Shown: positions 17,037-24,000 of the stretch, piece after piece
Layout of the letters: each line of letters starts with the position of its first letter
Numbering within the stretch: position 1 is the first letter of the stretch
Origin: Campylobacter helveticus
GTDB taxonomy: Bacteria; Campylobacterota; Campylobacteria; Campylobacterales; Campylobacteraceae
Assembly: GCF_002080395.1 (NCBI RefSeq)
Contig: NZ_CP020478.1
Coordinates: 236,886-260,885 of the forward strand
Direction of reading: 5' to 3'
DNA: 24,000 bases
Position numbers and translations under genes: made by a program
The notes under the pieces: model-generated
Databases searched by the model: none
What the model was told of the DNA's origin: nothing
The model's input: only the letters and a program-made list of their open reading frames with translations

Positions 17037-18790
17037 TAAAAGATCTCGCTAAAAAATTCACCAAAGTTATTATAAATTTGCTTGTTTCTCTCATCGATTT
17101 CTTTTTTATACCACTCTTTTTTAGCACTTTTTGAAAGCTCTTTGACCTCCGTGCAAAATGAAGTTTTGTAATGCTCTTTTTTCTTGGCAAAAAAGTCATT
17201 TGAAGCACTGATGTTAAGCTTTTTTTCTATAAGAATTTTATTACCGATTTGCTCAATCAGCTCTTTTATCTCATCTTCATCAAGCTGATAATAATTATCC
17301 TGCCATTTTCTTGGCAAAATGTGTTCGATTTCTAGCTTTGTGAGACTAAAATTTTTTTTATTACTATTCCACTCAAAAATTTGTTTCTCATCGTAGATTA
17401 AAGCATAAAGTGCAAGGATATAACGCATATTTTTAGGGATAGTATTTTTAGAAAAATTGATAAAATTTTCCAAACTTGGCATTTTTAAAACGGGTAAATT
17501 TAAGGATTTTTCAAAAATTTTTCTTCTTTTTTTATCTCTTAAATTCACATTAGCCTTCATAAAGCCCCAAAATAGCCCCGCTCCACCGCCTTTACCATAA
17601 AATAAACCAAGCGCACAGTAAGCAGATATTTGAGGTAAGACTTCATCAAAAAGCTCTTTTAAGCTCTCTTTGTTTTTATGCGCTTCGTAAAAACACATAG
17701 AGACGACTATTTTCCATAATCTATTAGGAAAAATGCTTAAAATGGCAAAATATTTTTTACCTTTATCGCTTAGATAATCATAAGGATTTGCCCAAAAATC
17801 GCCTAGTTTTTTAACAAATTCAAAACTTTCTTTTTGGGTGAGCAAGTCCTCATTTGCTGCAAAATTGACATTTTTCTTCTTAGAATTTAGCTTACCTTTT
17901 TTAGTCCAAAAATCAAGAGTGGTAGGGATAACGGTGTCTAATTCCCCGTGTAAAGCTCTAATGATATGCTCATATTGCTCAAACAAAAAGCCTATATCTT
18001 CTTTTTTAAGATAAGCAGAATCTTGAAGCAAACTTTCTAAATTTTGCCATTCTTTTGCAAATTCGGTTTTTTCATCTTCTTTTTTACTTGCGTAAATCAT
18101 ACCTTTTAAAATGTCCGCCGTGCTTAAGGAAATGCCGCGGTTATTTAGAGTGTTAAAAATTCTTAAAGCCTTATCTCTTTCGCCGCATTCTATGGGTAAA
18201 ATTACGCAGTCATAAAGCAAACATTCACAAAATCCAAGCCACTCTGTTGGCTCATTTAAAGCCAGATTATCAATCTTTCTTTGAAAATAAAGATAATTTT
18301 TTTCATACAAAGAAAGCTTTTTGTCTTTTTCGTCTATCTCAATTTTTTCTTCGAAAAGCTTACTTAATTTTTCATTGTCCTTAGCTGTGGCAACTTCGCT
18401 TTTTAAATGTGTTTTGTCGTAAAAAATTTCCCCTGTGCGTCTGTGCGTATCCCATAAGCAATCTGCCAAATTATCCTTTAACTTTGCCACTTCTCCTTTT
18501 TCTTGATTTTTAGCTTTTTCATAAATCGCACGGATAAGCAGTAAAAGTGTAGTGGTGCGTTGCTGTCCGTCTATGATGTTTTGCAATTTATCTTCTTCAT
18601 AAATGACCATAGAGCCTAAAAAATACCTATCATCTTCTTCTTTGTTTTTATAAAAATGATAAATATCGTCCCAAAGTTGCTCACATTCATCTTCGCCCCA
18701 AACATAATTTCTTTGATACATAGGGATTAAAAAGCGGTTTTTAGATAGATAGTTTAAAACCGAATTTGTTTCTGCTCTTAATTCTGCCAT
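17036..18790 (-). CDS. GmrSD-family protein: N-terminal DUF262 (ParB-like NTPase) plus C-terminal DUF1524 (His-Me/HNH-like nuclease), a candidate type IV restriction enzyme
   Basis: The N-terminus has FLIPMYQRNYVWGEDECEQLWDD, IIDGQQRTTTL and FNTLNNRGISLSTADILK, which are the DUF262 core motifs. The C-terminus has LEIEHILPRKW...IGNKILIEKKLNISASNDFFAKKK, which fits the DUF1524 pattern (E/D-H-x2-P...N...N). I place the start at ATG 18788-18790, 5 nt after AGGAG. The track's longer ORF begins at a TTG at 18838 inside the probable promoter. Confidence 0.8.
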   Translation of the reverse strand: MAELRAETNSVLNYLSKNRFLIPMYQRNYVWGEDECEQLWDDIYHFYKNKEEDDRYFLGSMVIYEEDKLQNIIDGQQRTTTLLLLIRAIYEKAKNQEKGEVAKLKDNLADCLWDTHRRTGEIFYDKTHLKSEVATAKDNEKLSKLFEEKIEIDEKDKKLSLYEKNYLYFQRKIDNLALNEPTEWLGFCECLLYDCVILPIECGERDKALRIFNTLNNRGISLSTADILKGMIYASKKEDEKTEFAKEWQNLESLLQDSAYLKKEDIGFLFEQYEHIIRALHGELDTVIPTTLDFWTKKGKLNSKKKNVNFAANEDLLTQKESFEFVKKLGDFWANPYDYLSDKGKKYFAILSIFPNRLWKIVVSMCFYEAHKNKESLKELFDEVLPQISAYCALGLFYGKGGGAGLFWGFMKANVNLRDKKRRKIFEKSLNLPVLKMPSLENFINFSKNTIPKNMRYILALYALIYDEKQIFEWNSNKKNFSLTKLEIEHILPRKWQDNYYQLDEDEIKELIEQIGNKILIEKKLNISASNDFFAKKKEHYKTSFCTEVKELSKSAKKEWYKKEIDERNKQIYNNFGEFFSEIF

Positions 18791-18821
18791 TTTTGCTCCT
18801 TTGAATTGTCTTATAATCTTT

Positions 18822-18827
18822 ATTATA
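18822..18827 (-). promoter_or_regulatory. Candidate -10 element (TATAAT) for the nuclease/MFS operon
   Basis: The minus strand reads AGAATTTATAATAAAG. The TATAAT lies 31 nt upstream of the ATG at 18790, within the only sizeable intergenic region of the window. Confidence 0.3.
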
Positions 18828-18943
18828 AATTCTAACAAAAGAAGATTTAAAATTGTTTTATGAGAAGTTTGTTTGAAAAGTGTGGATTTACTTTATCTTA
18901 ATACAAATTCGTTAAAGTTTAAAAAACGAAATTAGGGTTTAAA

Positions 18944-19216
18944 ATGATGCCTTTTAGTGACGAGGAATTAGTAGTTCCTGTTAAAAAAAGTTTGGAAAAA
19001 TCTTTACCGATTTTAGAAAGAGATGGGGGTGGGCTTGAGTTTTTGGGCGTGAAAGGGGGCGTGGTTTATGTGCATTTAATCGGTGCTTGCAAAGGGTGTG
19101 CATCAAGTGGAATCACGCTTAAATATTCTCTTGAAAGACAGCTTAAAATTGACATTCATCCTGAAATAAGCATAGTCAATTTAGAAGGTGGGGCAGAGGA
19201 ATTTGCAAGATTATAA
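18944..19216 (+). CDS. nfu: NifU C-terminal-domain (Nfu-type) Fe-S cluster carrier protein
   Basis: 90 aa. The sequence ILERDGGGLEF..V.GGVVYV.L.GACKGCASSGITLK...E.QLK carries the Nfu CxxC cluster-binding motif. Confidence 0.85.
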   Translation: MMPFSDEELVVPVKKSLEKSLPILERDGGGLEFLGVKGGVVYVHLIGACKGCASSGITLKYSLERQLKIDIHPEISIVNLEGGAEEFARL

Positions 19217-19748
19217 AAAAATCGCATTAAAATATTTAAAAACAGGGGATTTTGAAAATGCAAGAATTTATCTTGCCCTAGCTTACGAAAAGAAAAAAGA
19301 GGAACATTTGCTTAATTTAATAAGCCTTTGTGAATTTGGACTTAAAAAAGCGCAAGAAGCTAAAGCTTTACTTGAATTTTATCTCAAATACGCTAAAAGC
19401 AAAAAAGTGCAAAAAGAATTTGAGAGTATTTTGGCTTTAGTGATGTTTAAGGCAGATTTAAAAGAAGAGCTTGAAGACGGCTATGCGTTAAATTATAAAG
19501 ATTTTTTAGAAAGTGTTAAAAGGGTGGGTTTTAAGAAAAGTTTTGAAAATATTATTTTTAACACCAAACTCGTTATCGATGATAAAAAAGATTTTTTAGA
19601 TTTTTTAGAAAATTTATGCAAAAATGGCTATAAAGAAGCTGCTTTAGATTATATGGAGGACATTTTTCCGCACTTTTGGGATAATGAAAATTTTGTAAAA
19701 TTGCAAAAACAATTGAGAGGGTTTAAAAGTGAAGATAAAACTAAATGA
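19188..19748 (+). CDS. Conserved hypothetical helical protein
   Basis: This is the only long ORF in the interval and it is co-directional with its neighbours. It overlaps both nfu (3' end) and murE (5' end). The start is non-ATG: either GTG 19188 or, more plausibly, TTG 19203 preceded by AGAGGA. I recognise no catalytic motif. The sequence is K/E/L-rich, and the N-terminus is TPR-like ([21 protein letters not shown]). Confidence 0.55.
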   Translation: MGQRNLQDYKKIALKYLKTGDFENARIYLALAYEKKKEEHLLNLISLCEFGLKKAQEAKALLEFYLKYAKSKKVQKEFESILALVMFKADLKEELEDGYALNYKDFLESVKRVGFKKSFENIIFNTKLVIDDKKDFLDFLENLCKNGYKEAALDYMEDIFPHFWDNENFVKLQKQLRGFKSEDKTK

Positions 19749-21015
19749 AAGCTTTATAACGGATAATTCAAATGAATGCGAGAAAGATTGTTATTTTGTA
19801 AGTAGTGCGCAAAATGTCAAATTTGAAGATGAGGCTAGAAAAAGTGGTGCGAAAATCATCAAGGTAGCAGAGTGTAAGAAGCTTTTGGGTATTGATGAAA
19901 ATATTAAGATTGTAGGCATTACAGGCACAAATGGCAAAACAACAACCGCAGCGGCGATTTATTCTATTTTACTTGATTTGGGTTTTAAGTGTGGGCTTTG
20001 TGGGACGCGAGGGGCGTTTATCAATGATGAGCAAATCGATGGGAAATCTTTAACCACTTCGCCGATTTTAAAAACTTTAGAATATTTACAAAAAGCAACC
20101 TTGGCTGGGTGTGAATTTTTCGTGATGGAGGTAAGCTCTCACGCTTTGGTGCAAGACCGCATTGAAGGCTTGAAATTTGCGGCAAAGATTTTTACAAATT
20201 TAACGCAAGACCATTTAGATTTTCACGGCTCTTTTGAAAATTATAAAGAAGCAAAAGAAAGTTTTTTTACAGATGAAAGTTTAAAATTTATCAACAAAGA
20301 CGCTTTTAATATCAAATTTAATGTCAAAAATGCCTACACTTATGGAATAGAAAATTCCGCTTTTTATCAAGTTAAAGCTTATGCTTTGGAAAATGAAATT
20401 AATGCTCTTGTCGCCTTTAAAAATCAAAGCTTTCATATAGAATCAAATCTTTTAGGACTTTTTAATCTTTATAATCTTCTTGCTGCAAGTGCTTGTGTCA
20501 ATGAGCTTGTTAAGCCAAATTTAGAGGCTTTAGAAAATGCCATTAGTGGTTTTGGTGGAGTTTGTGGTAGGGTTGAAAAGATAGTTGAGGGCGTGATAGT
20601 TGATTTTGCTCACACACCAGATGGCATTGAAAAGGTGCTTGATAGTTTAAAAAATAAAAATTTGATTGTTGTTTTTGGTGCGGGTGGTGATAGAGATAGA
20701 AGCAAAAGAGCTTTGATGGGGAAAATGGTTTCGCATTATGCAAAAAATGCTATCATTACAAGTGATAATCCTAGAAGTGAAAACCCACAAAGCATTATGC
20801 AAGAAATTTTGCAAGGTTTTGAGGATAAAAATGCACCTTTAATGATAGAAAATCGTGAGCTTGCCATTTATAAGGCTTTAGAATTAAAAAAAGAAGACGA
20901 TTTAGTCGTTATACTTGGCAAGGGCGATGAGACTTATCAAGAGATTAAGGGTGTAAAATATCCTTTTAGTGATAAGGAAATTGTGTTGAATTTTTATAAA
21001 AATCAAGGAAAATAG
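19729..21015 (+). CDS. murE: UDP-N-acetylmuramoyl-L-alanyl-D-glutamate--2,6-diaminopimelate ligase
   Basis: GTG start after GAGAGGG. The Mur ligase P-loop [11 protein letters not shown] is present, along with DFAHTPDG and the meso-DAP specificity motif TSDNPRSE (DNPR). Confidence 0.9.
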   Translation: MKIKLNESFITDNSNECEKDCYFVSSAQNVKFEDEARKSGAKIIKVAECKKLLGIDENIKIVGITGTNGKTTTAAAIYSILLDLGFKCGLCGTRGAFINDEQIDGKSLTTSPILKTLEYLQKATLAGCEFFVMEVSSHALVQDRIEGLKFAAKIFTNLTQDHLDFHGSFENYKEAKESFFTDESLKFINKDAFNIKFNVKNAYTYGIENSAFYQVKAYALENEINALVAFKNQSFHIESNLLGLFNLYNLLAASACVNELVKPNLEALENAISGFGGVCGRVEKIVEGVIVDFAHTPDGIEKVLDSLKNKNLIVVFGAGGDRDRSKRALMGKMVSHYAKNAIITSDNPRSENPQSIMQEILQGFEDKNAPLMIENRELAIYKALELKKEDDLVVILGKGDETYQEIKGVKYPFSDKEIVLNFYKNQGK

Positions 21016-21327
21016 ATGTTTGAAAATATAGATTTTTCCAAAATGGGTGAGCTTTTAACTCAGGTGCAAGAAAAAGCAAAGGCTATGGAGCTTGAGCTTG
21101 ATAAAAAAGAATTTAGTGCCAAAAGTGGTGCGGGACTTGTGAAAGTAAGTGCAAATGGTAAAGGTGAGATTATTGATGTGAATATCGATGATTCTTTACT
21201 TGAGGATAAGGAATCGTTGCAAATTCTACTCATTGCTGCGATTAATGATGTTTTGGCTATGGTTGCGCAAAATAAAAATAGTATCGCAAGTGATATGCTT
21301 GGCGGTTTAGGAGGGTTTAAGATATGA
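21016..21327 (+). CDS. ybaB: YbaB/EbfC-family nucleoid-associated DNA-binding protein
   Basis: 103 aa. The pattern LL.Q.Q....M..........F.AKSGAG.VKV..NGKGEI..V.ID.SLLEDKE.L..L..AA.NDA fits the YbaB family. Confidence 0.85.
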   Translation: MFENIDFSKMGELLTQVQEKAKAMELELDKKEFSAKSGAGLVKVSANGKGEIIDVNIDDSLLEDKESLQILLIAAINDVLAMVAQNKNSIASDMLGGLGGFKI

Positions 21328-22412
21328 GATTTTTATTAGCTTTTTGTGTTTTGTTTTCTTTTATGTGGGCTATTGAAAGACCTAAATTTGAAGACTTTGC
21401 TGCTGGGTATGAGAGAAATAAGGCGAGTATGTTAAATTATGAGGGGATGCAAGCTTTTGCTTTAAGTGAGAATTTACTTGCCGTTTTAAAAACGCCTAAC
21501 GCAAAATTAAATCAATATGTAAAATATGACCCATTTTTAAATTTATATCTTGTGAGAACACCTTTTTCACTTATCCCTACGCCTATGGCAGATGAGGAGA
21601 AGCTAACGCGTAATGATTGGGTAGGCATTTGGGACCCAAATAAGCCTTATATAGGACATATAAAATACCTTGCTCAAAACATTGATGAAAGAGACCAGCT
21701 TGATTTCCAAACCAAAGTAGGAATTTTAGGAGAGCCTTGCTGTAATATGCTTGGCATCGCCCTAAACAACGGCTCTTTTATAGGGAACCGTTACCTTAAA
21801 CATTTTATGAAATATAACGATGTGTATTGGGGTGATATAGGGGTGGATTTTGTCGTTAGAGAAAATAAAATTTATGTTGGCAATGTCCGCAAAAATGCAC
21901 AATTTTTAATTAATGATGAGCTTGTAAGTATCGATGGTGTGCCTGTGCGTGATGTGAGAAAAGTTAATGAAAGAATCCTTTTTGCAGATAGGGGAAGCAC
22001 GATTTATTTTGGTGTGATTAGAGATAATCATGATTTGAATATTTCTAGCATTGTTTTTGAAAAGGACATTAGCCATTTTAATCTGCCAAGTAATAAACCA
22101 AAACCAGCTCCAACAAGTTTTAGAAGCAATCTTGGCTTGAGTGTCAATTCTTCCTTGATTGTTACGAGGGTTGATTCTTCTTCAAAGGCAAGTAGGGCTG
22201 GTTTTATGGTGGGGGATAAAATTTTGCGTGTTAATAACGAGGTGATAAAAAATTTCAAACAGCTACAGGATATTTTAGCGAAAGGCAACGATTTTAACAT
22301 ACTCATAGAAAGACTAGATAAAAAATTACCTTTATATAATTTTGAAAACAATCTTGATTTATCAAAAAAAAGTGATGGGAAATTTCACTTTTTCATAAGG
22401 CTTGTGAAGTGA
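21324..22412 (+). CDS. Secreted/periplasmic PDZ-domain protein
   Basis: N-terminal signal-like segment (MRFLLAFCVLFSFMWA). The C-terminal PDZ-like region is GLSVNSSLIVTRVDSSSKASRAGFMVGDKILRVNNEVIKNFKQLQDIL. ATGA/GTGA overlaps link it to both neighbours. Confidence 0.7.
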   Translation: MRFLLAFCVLFSFMWAIERPKFEDFAAGYERNKASMLNYEGMQAFALSENLLAVLKTPNAKLNQYVKYDPFLNLYLVRTPFSLIPTPMADEEKLTRNDWVGIWDPNKPYIGHIKYLAQNIDERDQLDFQTKVGILGEPCCNMLGIALNNGSFIGNRYLKHFMKYNDVYWGDIGVDFVVRENKIYVGNVRKNAQFLINDELVSIDGVPVRDVRKVNERILFADRGSTIYFGVIRDNHDLNISSIVFEKDISHFNLPSNKPKPAPTSFRSNLGLSVNSSLIVTRVDSSSKASRAGFMVGDKILRVNNEVIKNFKQLQDILAKGNDFNILIERLDKKLPLYNFENNLDLSKKSDGKFHFFIRLVK

Positions 22413-23248
22413 ATTTGAGGGAGGAATTTCATAAGCATTTAATGCGTAATCTACCTCAAGTTTCAAGTTTTCATCCCTTTTTTAACGAAGCCTTAGCGGT
22501 GATGTTAAAGGCTGGGGGGAAACATTTTCGCGCACAACTTCTTTTAAGCGTAGTGAGTGTTTATAAAAAAGAGCTTTTAACTCAAGCTTTTGATGCTGCT
22601 TTGGCTTTAGAGCTTATCCATACTTATTCTTTAATTCACGATGATTTGCCCGCTATGGATAATGCTGATTTTAGAAGAGCTACGCCGACTTTGCATAAAA
22701 GTTATGATGAGACAACGGCGATTTTAGTTGGGGATGCTTTAAACACGGAAGCATTTTTGCTTTTAAGTAGGCTTAATTTACCCACTTCGATTTGCCTTAA
22801 GCTTATCGAAACTCTTGCCTTTAATGCGGGGTTAAATGGTATGATTATAGGACAGGCGATTGATTGTTATTTTGAAGATAAAAAGCTTAGTTTAAAAGAG
22901 TTGGAATTTTTACATACGCATAAAACAGCTAAGCTTATAGCTGCGAGTTTAAAAATGGGCTGTCAAATTTGTGAGTTAGACGAGGATAAAACAGCTGGGA
23001 TTTATGAGCTTGGTTTAAAGCTTGGTTTAATTTTTCAAATCAACGATGACATTATCGATGCGACTTTAAGTGCAGAGCAGAGTGGAAAACCAACATGCAA
23101 TGATACGCACAAAAATTCTTTTGTAAATTTATTAGGGCTTGAAAAAGCAAAGGAATGCAAAAATACCCTTTTAAAAGAGTGTCAATTTGAGAATTTGGAA
23201 AAGGATTTTTGCGAGAAATTGCAAATTTTAGTGAAAGAATATTTATAA
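22409..23248 (+). CDS. ispA: Short-chain (E)-polyprenyl diphosphate synthase (farnesyl/geranyl diphosphate synthase)
   Basis: The first Asp-rich motif is LIHDDLPAMDNADFRR and the second is FQINDDIID. The size (279 aa) is typical of IspA. Confidence 0.85.
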   Translation: MNLREEFHKHLMRNLPQVSSFHPFFNEALAVMLKAGGKHFRAQLLLSVVSVYKKELLTQAFDAALALELIHTYSLIHDDLPAMDNADFRRATPTLHKSYDETTAILVGDALNTEAFLLLSRLNLPTSICLKLIETLAFNAGLNGMIIGQAIDCYFEDKKLSLKELEFLHTHKTAKLIAASLKMGCQICELDEDKTAGIYELGLKLGLIFQINDDIIDATLSAEQSGKPTCNDTHKNSFVNLLGLEKAKECKNTLLKECQFENLEKDFCEKLQILVKEYL

Positions 23249-23257
23249 AGGAAAGAG

Positions 23258-24000
23258 ATGTTAGAAAAACAGGCAAATACTTTAAGATTTTTAAGTGCAG
23301 ATATGATACAAAAAGCAAATTCGGGACACCCTGGAGCGCCTTTGGGTTTAGCGGATATTATGGTTGTTTTAAGCAGACATTTAAGTCATAATCCTAAAAA
23401 TCCTACTTGGCTTAACCGCGATAGACTTGTTTTTTCAGGCGGACACGCTTCGGCTTTGCTTTATAGTTTTTTGCATTTAAGTGGTTATGATTTAAGTTTA
23501 GAGGATTTAAAGAATTTTCGTAGGCTTCACTCTAAAACCCCAGGACACCCTGAAATTTCAACGCCGGGTGTTGAAATTGCCACAGGTCCTTTAGGACAGG
23601 GCGTGGCTAATGCTGTAGGTTTTGCTATGGCGGCAAAAAAGGCGGAAAATTTGCTAGGTAGTGAGCTGATTAATCATAAAATTTATTGTTTGTGTGGCGA
23701 TGGGGATTTGCAAGAAGGCATTTCTTATGAGGCTTGTTCTTTGGCTGGACTTCATAAACTAAATAATCTTATTTTAATTTACGATAGTAATAACATTTCT
23801 ATTGAGGGTGATGTTAATATCGCTTTTAATGAAGATATTATCAAGCGTTTTGAGGCACAAGGCTTTGAAGTGGAGCAAATTGATGGGCATCATTTTGAGA
23901 TGATTGACGCCGTGCTCAATCGAGCTAAAAAAAGCTCTAAGCCTTATCTCATTATCGCTAAAACGACCATAGCAAAAGGTGCTTTAGAGCTTGAGGGAAG
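23258..24000 (+). CDS. tkt: Transketolase, N-terminal part (continues beyond the window)
   Basis: I translated frame 2 by hand from ATG 23258 and it stays open to the window end. The product reads MLEKQANTLRFLSADMIQKANSGHPGAPLG...GHPE...GPLGQG...CGDGDLQEG...YDSN, which covers the transketolase TPP-binding motifs. It is absent from the ORF track only because no stop codon falls in the window. Confidence 0.9.
   Translation, partial: MLEKQANTLRFLSADMIQKANSGHPGAPLGLADIMVVLSRHLSHNPKNPTWLNRDRLVFSGGHASALLYSFLHLSGYDLSLEDLKNFRRLHSKTPGHPEISTPGVEIATGPLGQGVANAVGFAMAAKKAENLLGSELINHKIYCLCGDGDLQEGISYEACSLAGLHKLNNLILIYDSNNISIEGDVNIAFNEDIIKRFEAQGFEVEQIDGHHFEMIDAVLNRAKKSSKPYLIIAKTTIAKGALELEG

Noticed and set aside
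16528-17052. Two plus-strand ORFs (67 and 72 aa) inside the MFS gene
   Set aside because: They are antisense to a 12-TM transporter gene and carry no independent signals.
17002-17208. 68-aa same-strand alternative-frame ORF overlapping the nuclease 3' end and MFS 5' end
   Set aside because: It is an out-of-frame overlap with the conserved DUF1524 C-terminal region. The highly basic, low-complexity product is typical of frame-shifted AT-rich sequence.
18791-18838. N-terminal extension of the nuclease ORF (MLEFIIKIIRQFKGAK...) given in the ORF track
   Set aside because: It starts at a TTG and has no SD. It runs through the AT-rich TATAAT-containing promoter region. The internal ATG at 18790 has a perfect AGGAG 5 nt upstream, and the DUF262 domain begins right after it.
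23052-23391. ORFs at 23052-23318 (-) and 23209-23391 (+) around the ispA/tkt junction
   Set aside because: Both overlap the clearly supported ispA 3' end and tkt 5' end. tkt frame 2 gives canonical transketolase motifs from ATG 23258.
1-24000. Search for CRISPR arrays, tRNA/rRNA genes, IS elements, integrases, prophage or toxin-antitoxin pairs
   Set aside because: Intergenic space totals only a few hundred bp, with the largest gap at 153 bp. I saw no repeat-spacer periodicity, no cloverleaf-like GC-rich segments and no transposase or integrase-like ORFs.

Overview
The window looks like a compact stretch of Campylobacter chromosome from a thermotolerant jejuni/coli/upsaliensis-like relative. 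This rests on the AT-rich sequence, very short intergenic gaps, frequent 1-4 nt stop/start overlaps, and protein sequences close to what I recall of C. jejuni. I support 29 protein-coding genes and found no rRNA, tRNA, CRISPR array, IS element or long repeat. Most genes are housekeeping: hisF (3' end), hisIE, sodB, a Dus-family tRNA-dihydrouridine synthase, a DksA-like zinc-finger protein, rlmH, accD, bamA, tyrA, an M23 peptidase, lpxC, a short TsaB-like protein, thrB, ylxR, infB, rbfA, rimP, nfu, murE, ybaB, a PDZ protein, ispA and tkt (5' end). Three genes look accessory. The first is a 584-aa DUF262+DUF1524 (GmrSD-type) nuclease at 17036-18790 (-), a candidate stand-alone type IV restriction or anti-phage gene. 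The second is a Bcr/CflA-type MFS efflux pump at 15846-17036 (-), whose ATG overlaps the nuclease stop codon (TAATG). Together these two lie between the infB-rbfA-rimP block and the nfu-murE block. The third is a small TfoX N-terminal-domain protein at 276-578, wedged between hisF and hisIE. I do not see a convincing multi-gene novel system. The nuclease/pump pair and the TfoX_N gene are the best candidates for follow-up. Smaller observations include a bidirectional hairpin across the hisIE/sodB stop codons, PerR-box-like half-sites in the nuclease/nfu divergent promoter, overlapping divergent -10 elements between bamA and tyrA, and a possible leaderless ylxR start. All functional calls come from reading motifs by eye, since no database search was possible.
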